Shown one piece after another: positions 37,397 to 46,050 of a stretch of DNA of 64,000 bases. The number at the start of each line of letters is the position of its first letter. The stretch's first letter is position 1. A program made the position numbers and the translations under genes. The stretch covers positions 148,687 through 212,686 of the forward strand of contig JBKECK010000054.1 in the NCBI GenBank assembly GCA_047974625.1, written 5' to 3'. The notes beneath the pieces are model-generated. The model made no database searches and was not told the DNA's origin. It saw only the letters and a program-made list of their open reading frames with translations. The DNA comes from Acidimicrobiales bacterium (lineage in GTDB: Bacteria; Actinomycetota; Acidimicrobiia; Acidimicrobiales; SZUA-35).

Positions 37397-38626
37397 ATGC
37401 ACGCCACCTTCCGCTCGTTGGAACATCGCAACGCCCGGCTGTTCTTCGGGGGGATGCTGGTGTCCAACATCGGGACCTGGGCCCAGTTCACCGCGGTGGC
37501 GATCCTGGTCGACCGGCTGACCGCGTCGACCACGGCCATCGGTGTGCTCACCGCCCTCCAGTTCACCCCCATGTTGCTGCTCGGGGCCTGGGCGGGTGCC
37601 GTGTCGGACCAGGTGTCGCGGTGGAGGATGTCCCTCATCACCCAGTCCGGCCTGGCCCTCCAGGCCGTCGCCTTGGCCGCCCTCGACCTGGCTGGTCACG
37701 CCACCCTGCCGGTCGTCTACGCCCTTACCCTCGTGCTGGGGGTGGTCAGCGCCTTCGACAATCCGGCCCGGCGGGGTTTCGTCACCGAGCTCGTCCCCAC
37801 CGCCCAGATCCCGAACGCGGTGTCGCTCAACACCGCGGTCATGACCGGCTCCCGGATCTTCGGTCCCGCCCTGACCGCCCTGCTGGTCAACCGGGTGGGC
37901 ACGACCTGGCTGTTCGCCGCCAACGCGGTGTCGTTCGTGGCCATCCTCGGCAGCCTCCTGCTGCTCGACCGCACCCGGCTCCACCATCCGCCCCGGGCCC
38001 CGAGGGGCGGCACCCCGATCCGGGACGGCCTCCGGGCCGTCTGGGATAACCCGGTGCTGCGGTCGACCTTCATCGTGTTCAGCGTCCTGTCCACCTTCGG
38101 CTACAACTATTCGGTCTCCTTGCCCCGCATGTCGGGACAGTTGTGGGGCAACGAGCAGTGGTACGGCGTACTGCTCACCATGGCCAGCGTCGGTTCCCTG
38201 ATCGGCGCCCTGCTCACCGCCTCGCGGGCCGAGGTCTCACTACGGTGGTTCGCTCTGATGGGCGTGGTGCTGGGCCTCGGCGGGCTGGCCCTGGCCTCGG
38301 CCCCGTCGGGCTGGTGGGCCATGGCCATCGCGGTACCGATGGGGATCGGCGGGGCGGGCATGGTCAGCGCCATGAACGCCATCGCCCAGCAGGAGTGCGA
38401 ACCTGACATGCGGGGCCGGATCCTCGCTCTCACGGCGGTGGCCTTCCTCGGCTCGTACCCGATCGGCGGTCCCGTCACCGGCCTGGTCGGCGACCACATC
38501 GGGCTCCGCTGGTCGCTCGCCTACGGGGCCCTCATCTCCCTGGCCGCCATCGCCGTGTTCACCTGGTGGGCCTTCGGGCAGGGTGCCGGGTCGGGGAGGG
38601 TGGTCACCGCCGACGAACGCCGGTGA
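37397..38626 (+). CDS. MFS transporter
   Basis: About 12 predicted TM helices. The N-terminus FRSLEHRNARLFFGGMLVSNIGTW is typical of the MFS_3/EntS-like subgroup. The internal ATG was chosen in the long track ORF. Confidence 0.8.
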   Translation: MHATFRSLEHRNARLFFGGMLVSNIGTWAQFTAVAILVDRLTASTTAIGVLTALQFTPMLLLGAWAGAVSDQVSRWRMSLITQSGLALQAVALAALDLAGHATLPVVYALTLVLGVVSAFDNPARRGFVTELVPTAQIPNAVSLNTAVMTGSRIFGPALTALLVNRVGTTWLFAANAVSFVAILGSLLLLDRTRLHHPPRAPRGGTPIRDGLRAVWDNPVLRSTFIVFSVLSTFGYNYSVSLPRMSGQLWGNEQWYGVLLTMASVGSLIGALLTASRAEVSLRWFALMGVVLGLGGLALASAPSGWWAMAIAVPMGIGGAGMVSAMNAIAQQECEPDMRGRILALTAVAFLGSYPIGGPVTGLVGDHIGLRWSLAYGALISLAAIAVFTWWAFGQGAGSGRVVTADERR

Positions 38627-38635
38627 CCGGTGCCG

Positions 38636-39856
38636 TCACGGGGCGAGCGTCTCCAACCAGACCCGGAGGTCGGCCGGCGTCATCGTCTCCCGGCGCCCCA
38701 GATCCTCGGGGGCGACGCCTAGCAGGGGCTCCGGTACCTGCCGGACCACGAGATCGAGCACCTCGGCCCGGGCGTAGTCGTCGACCACCGCGGCCATCTC
38801 CTCGTCGTGCTCGGCGCCTCGGGCCCGGGCCGCCCCGACCAGGCCGGTGAGCAACGACTCCCAGGTCGTCATCGGACCCTGGGTGATCGAGGCCGACTCG
38901 GCCATCGAGTCGACGAAGGCGAACGGGACCCGCTCGATCCGCAACCCCGCCGCCAGGGTGGCGTACAACCAGTCGGCGTCGAAGGAGAACCCGAACGTCG
39001 ACGGCCCAGCCAGGATCGCCTCGAGCGCGGCCCGGCCGTACAGCTTGAACGGAGCCTGGGTGTCGCTCAGGCCCCGGTCGAACAGTTCGCGGCCGACCAT
39101 CCGCTGCATGTGCCGCAACACGACGATCCCCGGGCCCCACCGGGCCTCGGCCTTGACCAGCACCGACTCCGGGTGCTTCCGGTCGCCGATGACGGCGTCG
39201 GCCCGACCGACGGCGAACGGCTCCAGCAGGAGGCCGAGCTGGCCCAGGTTGACGGAACCGTCGGCGTCGGTGACCACCACGGCGTCGGCGCCGTGGTCGA
39301 GGGCGTGGACGGCCCCGAGCACCATCGCTCCGCCCTTGCGGGAATCGTCGACGTGACCCAGGGAGGCCAGGGGTCCCCCGGTGGCCGGGATGGCGGTCTC
39401 GAGCCGGAGCACGGCCACCCGCGCCCCGTGCTCGTGCCCGGCCGCCCGCTCGGCGGCCACGGTGGCGCTGTCCTCCGGGTCACCGTCGTCGACGGCCACC
39501 AGGCTCCAGTCGACGGTGGAACCGTCGAAGAGCCACGCGAGCTGATCGAGCTTGACGGCCAGGGAGTCCTCACCGGTGGGGTTGGTCTCGGAGCGGGGCC
39601 GTAGCCGACGGCGTTCCCCCCACATGGCCACCAGCACCGCGATCCGGCCCGACCAGTCGAGGTCCCGCACGATGGCCTTGGAACGGGCCAGGCGACGGGC
39701 GATGGCCAGGTCGAGCGGCTCGTCGGCCCCGCCCGGATCGGTGAACCGGCCGGCGGCCAGCAGCCGATCGGCCATGTCCCGGACCCGACGCTGATCGGCG
39801 GTTGAACCAATGTCGAAGCTTCCGGTGACGCCGACCGGTTCATCGCCTGTGCTCAT
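38636..39856 (-). CDS. family-2-like glycosyltransferase with N-terminal extension
   Basis: GT-A features (VAVDDGDPEDS, VVVTDADG as DxD). 406 aa. Confidence 0.6.
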   Translation of the reverse strand: MSTGDEPVGVTGSFDIGSTADQRRVRDMADRLLAAGRFTDPGGADEPLDLAIARRLARSKAIVRDLDWSGRIAVLVAMWGERRRLRPRSETNPTGEDSLAVKLDQLAWLFDGSTVDWSLVAVDDGDPEDSATVAAERAAGHEHGARVAVLRLETAIPATGGPLASLGHVDDSRKGGAMVLGAVHALDHGADAVVVTDADGSVNLGQLGLLLEPFAVGRADAVIGDRKHPESVLVKAEARWGPGIVVLRHMQRMVGRELFDRGLSDTQAPFKLYGRAALEAILAGPSTFGFSFDADWLYATLAAGLRIERVPFAFVDSMAESASITQGPMTTWESLLTGLVGAARARGAEHDEEMAAVVDDYARAEVLDLVVRQVPEPLLGVAPEDLGRRETMTPADLRVWLETLAP

Positions 39857-39918
39857 GGCCCCAGCCTACGACACCCCACCCATGGCCGGGCCCGGACCAC
39901 GGCCTACCCTGGGCCGGG

Positions 39919-40554
39919 ATGGACCTCACGGCCCCCCGTCCGATACTGCGAGGCCACCTCCACGCCTTGACGTTCGTGGTGGCCATCCCAGCCGGGCTGC
40001 TGCTCCTGGCCGGGGCCGACCGGGCCGACGAACGCATCGCGATCGCCTTTTACGCCGCCAGCCTGGCGGCGGTGTTCGGCGCTTCCGCCGGATACCACAT
40101 CCTGGCCCGCCGGCCCCGCAGCCGGGTCATCATGCAGCGCGTCGACCACGCCATGATCTACCTCCTGATCGCCGGAACCTACGCCCCGGTCTGCCTGATC
40201 GCACTGCCCCGGTCGTGGGGGGTGCCGATCCTGGCCCTGGTGGCCGCGGGCGGGGCGGCGGGGGCGATCGTGAAACTCACGGCCTTCTCCACCCTCGGCC
40301 GGTACGCCAGCGCCCTGTACCTGATCCTGGGCTGGGCCGCGGTGGTGGCCGCGCCCGCCCTGGCCGAGGCCCTGACCGGGAACCAGCTCACCCTCCTGGC
40401 CCTGGGGGGCCTGGCCTACACGGTCGGTTTCCCCGTCCTGATGCTGCGCCGACCCGATCCATGGCCCCGCTTCTTCGGGTACCACGAGATCTGGCACGTG
40501 TTCACAGTGGTGGCCGCCGGCATCCACTTCGGCCTCGTGGCCAGCCTGCTGTAG
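39919..40554 (+). CDS. hemolysin-III/PAQR-family membrane protein
   Basis: 7-TM protein with the conserved RVDHAMIYLLIAGTYAP and a C-terminal HEIWHVFTV. Confidence 0.85.
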   Translation: MDLTAPRPILRGHLHALTFVVAIPAGLLLLAGADRADERIAIAFYAASLAAVFGASAGYHILARRPRSRVIMQRVDHAMIYLLIAGTYAPVCLIALPRSWGVPILALVAAGGAAGAIVKLTAFSTLGRYASALYLILGWAAVVAAPALAEALTGNQLTLLALGGLAYTVGFPVLMLRRPDPWPRFFGYHEIWHVFTVVAAGIHFGLVASLL

Positions 40555-40635
40555 GTCGCCGCCCGGCGGAGGCGTAGACGCCGGGGTGGTCGGCTCGTAT
40601 CGTCGGGCCGTGCGCCGCCCGACGACAGGACAGTT

Positions 40636-42360
40636 GTGACGCGGCCCGGGTTCGGGTTCCACAACCCGTTCCGGGGCCTGCGGGGATCCGACGTCCGTGG
40701 CGACGCCGTGGCCGGCCTGGTCCTCGGGGTGGAGAGCGTGCCGGACGGCCTGGCCAGCGGCCTGTTGGCCGGGGTCAACCCGGTGGCCGGGCTGTACGGC
40801 TACCTGTTCGGCATGGTCGGGGCGGCGTGCTTCACCAGCACCACGTTCATGACCGTGCAGGCCACCGGGGCGATGGCCATAATCGTCGACGACGTCGACC
40901 TGGCCGCTCGACCGGACCCGGAGCGGGCCCTGTTCACCCTGTCGATGGTCACCGGGGCGTTCATGCTCCTGGCCGGGTTGCTGCGGCTCGGCCGGCTCCT
41001 GCGGTTCGTGCCCCGGGCGGTCATGACCGGTTTCATCACCGCGGTGGGCGTCAACATCGCCCTTGGCCAGCTCGGCACCTTCACCGGCTACGACGCCGAG
41101 GGGGCCAACCGGATCATCCGGGCCCTGGACCTCCTGGTCCACGTGTGGCGGATCGACCTGGCGAGCACCGCGGTGGGCGCGGTCACGGTGGCCTCGATCG
41201 TGGTGCTCCGCCGTACCCGACTCGGGGCCCTGGGGCTCGTGGTGGCGGTGGTGATCGGTTCCGCGGTGGCCGTGGCCCTGTCGGGACTCGACACCCTGGT
41301 GGCCACGGTCGGCGACGTGGCCGACGTCCCCCGGAGCCTGCCGGGGCCACGGCTGCCCATCCTCGCCGATGTCGCCGACCTGCTCATCCCGGCCACCTCC
41401 CTGGCCTTCGTGGGCCTGATCCAGGGGGCCGGGGTCTCGGCCGCCATGCCGAACCCCGACGGCACCTTCGGTGACGCCTCGGCCGATTTCGTGGGCCAGG
41501 GCGTCGGCAACATCGCCGCCGGGGTGTTCCAGGGCATGCCGGTCGGAGGTTCCATGTCGGCCAGCTCCCTGGTGGTGGAGGCCGGAGCCCGGTCCCGCAT
41601 GGCCCTGCTCATGGCCGGCGGGGTCATGGCCGTGGTGGTCGTCGGCCTCGGCGGCGTGGTCAGCCGGGTAGCCATGCCCGCCCTGGCCGGGCTCCTCATC
41701 TTCGTCGGGATCCGCAGCATCCGGCCCTCCGAGGTCATGGCCGTCGCCCGGACCGGGTCGGTGCCCATGGCGGTGATGACCACCACCGTGGTGATCACCA
41801 TGCTGATCCCGCTCCAGTACGCCGTTCTGGCCGGTGTCGGGCTGGCCACGATCCTCCACGTCGTGCGCCAGGCGGGGACGGTCACGGTCCGCCGCATCGA
41901 GGTGCACGACGACGGCCGACTCCGCGAGGTCGACCCGCCCGACCGACTCGGGGCCCATGAGGTGGTGGTCCTGCAGATGTACGGCAGCCTCTTCTTCGCC
42001 AACGTCGAGTCGTTCGAGCGGCTCCTGCCCACCGTGACCCCGGAGTCCACCGGCAGCGTGGTGCTGCTCCGGGCCCGCGGGGCCGAGGACTTCGGGGCCA
42101 CCCTGCTGGCCGCCCTCAACCGATACCTGGCCCAGACCCGCTCGGCGGGCAGCAAGGTCGTGATCGTCACCGACAATCCCCGGATCCGTCACCAGCTGGC
42201 CGTCACCGGCACCCTCGACGCCCTCGGCCCGGGCAACCTCTACCAGAGTGACAGCTGGCTGGGCGAGACGACCCGCCGGGCCTACCGGGACGCCCGGCAC
42301 TGGGTGGCCGAGCGTCAGGAACCCGACCAGCCCGGCTCCCGCCCCGGAGGCGGCGACTGA
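40636..42360 (+). CDS. SulP-family anion transporter with C-terminal STAS domain
   Basis: Sulfate_transp-type TM core followed by a STAS-like domain (VVVLQMYGSLFFANVESF). 574 aa. Confidence 0.85.
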   Translation: MTRPGFGFHNPFRGLRGSDVRGDAVAGLVLGVESVPDGLASGLLAGVNPVAGLYGYLFGMVGAACFTSTTFMTVQATGAMAIIVDDVDLAARPDPERALFTLSMVTGAFMLLAGLLRLGRLLRFVPRAVMTGFITAVGVNIALGQLGTFTGYDAEGANRIIRALDLLVHVWRIDLASTAVGAVTVASIVVLRRTRLGALGLVVAVVIGSAVAVALSGLDTLVATVGDVADVPRSLPGPRLPILADVADLLIPATSLAFVGLIQGAGVSAAMPNPDGTFGDASADFVGQGVGNIAAGVFQGMPVGGSMSASSLVVEAGARSRMALLMAGGVMAVVVVGLGGVVSRVAMPALAGLLIFVGIRSIRPSEVMAVARTGSVPMAVMTTTVVITMLIPLQYAVLAGVGLATILHVVRQAGTVTVRRIEVHDDGRLREVDPPDRLGAHEVVVLQMYGSLFFANVESFERLLPTVTPESTGSVVLLRARGAEDFGATLLAALNRYLAQTRSAGSKVVIVTDNPRIRHQLAVTGTLDALGPGNLYQSDSWLGETTRRAYRDARHWVAERQEPDQPGSRPGGGD

Positions 42361-42561
42361 GGACACCCGGCCCGGGGCCACGCCGGCCGTGGTCGTCGTC
42401 GGCAAACACGTTCGGCCTCCGGGCCGGTCGGTGCCTGATCCACCGCGGCCGAGATCCCGACCGGTTCCACGTTCAGCACCGACGCGGAGATTCCCGCGAA
42501 GGAGCGCTCGGCGTCGCCGCGGCCTCCGACGGGGTGGAGCCAGTCGGGAACCTGGGGCGGG

Positions 42562-43641
42562 TCAGGCCGGGTTGACGCTGATCTCCGTGGCCTTCACCGA
42601 CGCCCAGACGGGCTGACCGGGTCGGAGCGAGAGGGCTCGGGCGGCGTCCGGCGTGACGTCGACACCGAGGGGAACCGGATCCCCCAGGGTGACCCGGGTG
42701 ATCTCCCCCAGTGGTTCGATGACCCCGACCCTGGTCGACCAGGTGTTGCGGGGACTGCCGTGGGGTTCGTCGAGGTGAAGGGCGATCGCGTTGGGTGGGA
42801 TGGTGATCAGGACGTCGCCGGTGGTGTGGGTATCGGCGGTGTTCAGGCTCACCCCGACCCGGTCGCCATCCCGCCCGTCGGCCACAGTGAGGACGCCCCC
42901 GGCGTTGGTCCCGGTGAGCAGGTTGACCCCGGCCAGGGCAGCCACGTACGGGGTCGTCGGTCGGCGACGCAGCTCATCGGGGGTGCCGGTCTGGACGATC
43001 CGGCCGCCCTCCAGGACGTGCACCCGATCGGCGAGCAGGAAGGCATCGGTGGGGTCGTGGGTGATCAGGAGCCGAGGTCCCGGATAGTCGGCCAGGTGGG
43101 CCCGGAGGAGGCGACGGAGCCCGGATCGGGTGGCCACGTCGAGGGCGGCCAGGGGCTCGTCGAGCAGGAGCAGGTCCGGCTCGGTAGCCAAGGCCCGGGC
43201 CAGGGCGACCCGTTGAGCCTGGCCACCCGAGAGCTGGGACGGCCGCCGCCCGGCCAGGTCCGACAGGTCGAGGGTGTCGAGCCAGCGGCGGGCCACGGCC
43301 CGGGCCTGACGACGGCGCAGCCCGCCCGAGGCGGGCCCGAAGGCGACGTTGTCGGTCACGTCGAGGTGTTCGAAGAGGAGGTACCGCTGGAACACCACCC
43401 CGACCCGTCGCTGCTCGGGCGGCACGAACTCCCCTGTCCCGGCGTCGTCGAGGGTGCGCTCCCCGAGACGGACGTGACCGGCCTCGACGGGCCGGAGGCC
43501 GGCGAGGGCCTCGACCGTGGTCGACTTGCCCGATCCGTTCGGACCGAGCAGGGCCGCCGTCGTCCCGGCCTCGATGGTGAGGGCTACGTCGAGTACGAAC
43601 CTGTCCCCCCGGGGCACCCGCATCCGGGTATCGAGCTTCAT
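42562..43641 (-). CDS. modC: molybdate ABC transporter ATP-binding protein with C-terminal TOBE/Mop-like domain
   Basis: Walker A GPNGSGKST, signature LSGGQAQRVALARAL and a TOBE-like tail. The ATG overlaps the modB stop (ATGA). Confidence 0.8.
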   Translation of the reverse strand: MKLDTRMRVPRGDRFVLDVALTIEAGTTAALLGPNGSGKSTTVEALAGLRPVEAGHVRLGERTLDDAGTGEFVPPEQRRVGVVFQRYLLFEHLDVTDNVAFGPASGGLRRRQARAVARRWLDTLDLSDLAGRRPSQLSGGQAQRVALARALATEPDLLLLDEPLAALDVATRSGLRRLLRAHLADYPGPRLLITHDPTDAFLLADRVHVLEGGRIVQTGTPDELRRRPTTPYVAALAGVNLLTGTNAGGVLTVADGRDGDRVGVSLNTADTHTTGDVLITIPPNAIALHLDEPHGSPRNTWSTRVGVIEPLGEITRVTLGDPVPLGVDVTPDAARALSLRPGQPVWASVKATEISVNPA

Positions 43642-44438
43642 GCCCGCCCCCACCACCGGTCACGCATGGCCACCAGCACGACCAGGGACACGGCCACCAG
43701 CACCAGGCTGATCGCCACCGCGGTGTCCCGGTCGGATTCGAGGGCGACGAACACGGCCAAGGGCAGGGTCTGGGTCTTGCCCTGGAGATTGCCGGCGAAG
43801 GTGACCGTGGCCCCGAACTCACCCAGCGCCCGGGCCCAGGCCAGCACCGCCCCGGCCCGCAGGGACGGGGCGATCATCGGCAGGGTGACCCGCCGGAAGA
43901 CCCGCAGCCGGGACGCGCCCAGGGTGGCGGCCGCGTGCTCGTAGCCCTCGTCCACCCCGGCCAGCGCGCCTTCCACGGTGATGACCAGAAACGGCATGGC
44001 CACGAAGGTGTTGGCCACCACCACCCCCCAGGTCGAGAAGGGTAGGAGGAGCCCGGTCAGCTCGGCCAGTGGTTCACCGACCAGGCCCCGGCGACCGAGA
44101 GCGAACAGGAGGGCGGCCCCACCCACGACCGGGGGCAGCACCATCGGCAGGGTGACCACGGCCCGCACCAGGTGCCGGCCCGGGAAGGAGGCCCGGGCAC
44201 GGAGCCAGGCCAGCGGAACCCCGAGGGCGACGGCGATGAGCGTGGCGGCCACCGACGTGATCAGGGACAGGCGCAGGGCGTCGGCGACCACCGGTGAAGC
44301 GATGAGCCGGGGCAGGTCCCGCCACGGGGTCCGGGAGGCCAGCCCGGCGAAGGGAACCGCGAACACGGCCACACCGAGCGCGCCGAGAACGACCAACGGC
44401 CACGGGGGCCGCCGGTAGATCCGGCGCGCCCGGGTCAC
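43638..44438 (-). CDS. modB: molybdate ABC transporter permease
   Basis: CysTW/ModB-type permease with the EAA loop (AAATLGASRLRVFRRVTLP). Confidence 0.8.
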   Translation of the reverse strand: MTRARRIYRRPPWPLVVLGALGVAVFAVPFAGLASRTPWRDLPRLIASPVVADALRLSLITSVAATLIAVALGVPLAWLRARASFPGRHLVRAVVTLPMVLPPVVGGAALLFALGRRGLVGEPLAELTGLLLPFSTWGVVVANTFVAMPFLVITVEGALAGVDEGYEHAAATLGASRLRVFRRVTLPMIAPSLRAGAVLAWARALGEFGATVTFAGNLQGKTQTLPLAVFVALESDRDTAVAISLVLVAVSLVVLVAMRDRWWGRA

Positions 44439-45301
44439 GGGGCAGCGAAACCGTAGGACGCCAGGATGGCCTGACCGTCGTCAGAGCGGACGAAGGCCAC
44501 GAACTCGGCGGCCGCCTCCGGGTTCGGCGCCCCCGTCAGCTGGGCGATCGGGTAGGTGGCCACGACATTGTCCTCCTCGGGGATTTCGATGCCCTCCACG
44601 GTGTCGCCGGCGGCACGGACGTCGGTCACGTACACGATGCCGGCGTCGAGCTCGTCCGCCCCGATCTTGGTCAACAATGCCCGCACGTCGGGCTCGTTGG
44701 TGTCGATCTCCGGCACCACCCCGGCCAGGCCCAGCGACTCCCGGGCGAAGTCCCCGCACGGGACGCCCTCGGCGCACAGCCCGATCAGCAGGTCCGCGTT
44801 GGCGAAGTCGTCCAGCCCGTCGACCCCACCGGGGTTGCCGGCCGGGACCGCGATCTGCAGCAGGTTCTCGGCGAACGGCTCCGGCTCGGATGCCGTCTCA
44901 CCGGCGTCGCGGACCTGGTCCATGTTGTTCGTGTTGGCCGAGGCGAAGACGTCGGCCGGTGCACCCTCCAGGATCTGCTCCCGCAGCGACGAACTCCCGG
45001 CCAGGTTCAGCTGTACGTCGACGTCCGGGTGGGCGGCCTCGAACGCGGTCTCCACTTCGGCGAAGGCGTCGGTCAGCGACGCCGCCGCGAACACCAGCAC
45101 CGGGCCCTCGGTCTCCGACGACGGCTCAGTGGCCGGGGCCTCCGTCTCCGACGACGGCTCAGTGGCCGGGGCCTCCGTCTCCGACGACGGCTCAGCGGCG
45201 GGGGCGTCATCCCCACAGCCGGCGGCCACCGCCAACAGCACCCCCACGATCAGCATCTGCCGCCACCGCGGCCTGCGGTCCCACATATCCATCTCTCCCA
45301 T
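44435..45301 (-). CDS. modA: molybdate-binding lipoprotein
   Basis: Lipobox LAVAAGCG, an (EAPATEPSSET)x3 linker, then a ModA core (VFAAASLTDAF...NLAGSSSLREQILEGAPADVFASAN). The start is ambiguous among the ATGs at 45301, 45292 and 45286. The track start at 45535 is over-extended. Confidence 0.8.
   Translation of the reverse strand: MGEMDMWDRRPRWRQMLIVGVLLAVAAGCGDDAPAAEPSSETEAPATEPSSETEAPATEPSSETEGPVLVFAAASLTDAFAEVETAFEAAHPDVDVQLNLAGSSSLREQILEGAPADVFASANTNNMDQVRDAGETASEPEPFAENLLQIAVPAGNPGGVDGLDDFANADLLIGLCAEGVPCGDFARESLGLAGVVPEIDTNEPDVRALLTKIGADELDAGIVYVTDVRAAGDTVEGIEIPEEDNVVATYPIAQLTGAPNPEAAAEFVAFVRSDDGQAILASYGFAAP
45111..45208. repeat. 33-bp tandem repeat x3 inside modA
   Basis: GTCTCCGACGACGGCTCAGTGGCCGGGGCCTCC was read three times (the third copy is degenerate). 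It encodes the post-lipobox linker. Confidence 0.85.
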
Positions 45302-45398
45302 CGGTCGCCGCCGCCTGGTCTCAACGAGACCAATTGGCCGGCCCCTGTGTAGTCGCAAAGTTCCTACCGGGCAAGGAACCTTCGCTACCATCGGGTCG

Positions 45399-45926
45399 AT
45401 GGCTGGCACCGGAGCCGTTCCCGACCTCTCCCTCACCGAGTGGGTGGTGCTGGCCGTGCTGGCCGAGGCACCCACCCACGGTTTCGCCATTGCCAAGGAG
45501 CTCCGGTCCGGTACCGACCTGGGCCGGGTCATCACCGTCCACCGCCCCCTCGTCTACCGGGCCCTCGACCGCCTCGTGTCCGCCGGCCTAGTGGAACAAC
45601 ACGGCACCGAGCCCAGCGACACGGGACCCAACCGCACCATCCACCGCCCCACCGACCCGGGTCGGCACGCCTTGGAGGGGTGGCTCGATCGGCCGGTGCA
45701 GCACGTCCGCGACCTGCGGATCGAGTTCCTGATCAAGCTCCGCCTCAACCAACGGCGCCACCGGAACCCCCCACCGCTCATCGCCGCCCAACGGGCCGAG
45801 TTGGCCGACACCTTCGACCAGCTGACCCGGAGCCGGTCCGAGGACGTCGTCGACGCCTGGCGGAACGTCAACGCCACCGCGGCTCGCCTGTTCCTCGACC
45901 ACCTGGCCAGCCACGGCGCCCCATGA
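45399..45926 (+). CDS. PadR-family transcriptional regulator
   Basis: LTEWVVLAVLAEAPTHGFAIAKEL...VYRALDRLVSAGLVE is a winged helix typical of PadR. Divergent from modABC. Confidence 0.8.
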   Translation: MAGTGAVPDLSLTEWVVLAVLAEAPTHGFAIAKELRSGTDLGRVITVHRPLVYRALDRLVSAGLVEQHGTEPSDTGPNRTIHRPTDPGRHALEGWLDRPVQHVRDLRIEFLIKLRLNQRRHRNPPPLIAAQRAELADTFDQLTRSRSEDVVDAWRNVNATAARLFLDHLASHGAP

Positions 45927-46050
45927 CAGCTCCCCGCGTATGCGTTGGGGCCCTTCAGATACCAGGAAGTAGTGTGACGATACTCGATGTGTCACCGGGC
46001 ACGACCCGGTCCTTGAACACGCCATCCCCCGAGCCAGGACAGGGTGCCCG

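Noticed and set aside
39904-42405. An 833-aa ORF on the minus strand. Similar very long ORFs occur at 6301..8832 (+), 35220..37337 (-), 12369..14024 (+), 18223..20010 (+), 25052..26329 (-) and 48391..50106 (+).
   Set aside because: They are antisense or out of frame relative to ORFs with clear family motifs (SulP, hemolysin III, sulfatase, ThDP enzyme, SNF2 and others). Their translations are R/G/P/H/D-rich low-complexity sequence with no recognisable motifs. Such stop-free shadow frames are expected at about 70% GC.
42361-42561. A 200-bp convergent gap between SulP and modC containing a 54-codon GTG ORF on the minus strand with decent GC3 (VLNVEPVGISAAVDQAPTGPEAERV...).
   Set aside because: It is below the track threshold, its second half is Arg/Pro-rich, it overlaps the SulP 3' end, and it has no recognisable motif or Shine-Dalgarno sequence. 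The evidence is insufficient to call a gene.
45302-45398. A molybdenum-cofactor (Moco) riboswitch upstream of modA.
   Set aside because: The whole divergent gap is under 100 bp, too short for the roughly 130-150-nt Moco motif. None of its conserved loops were seen.
45980-46003. The inverted repeat GTGAC-N12-GTCAC upstream of the CYP153 gene as an operator.
   Set aside because: The arms are only 5 bp with a long spacer. That is too weak to distinguish from chance without comparative data.
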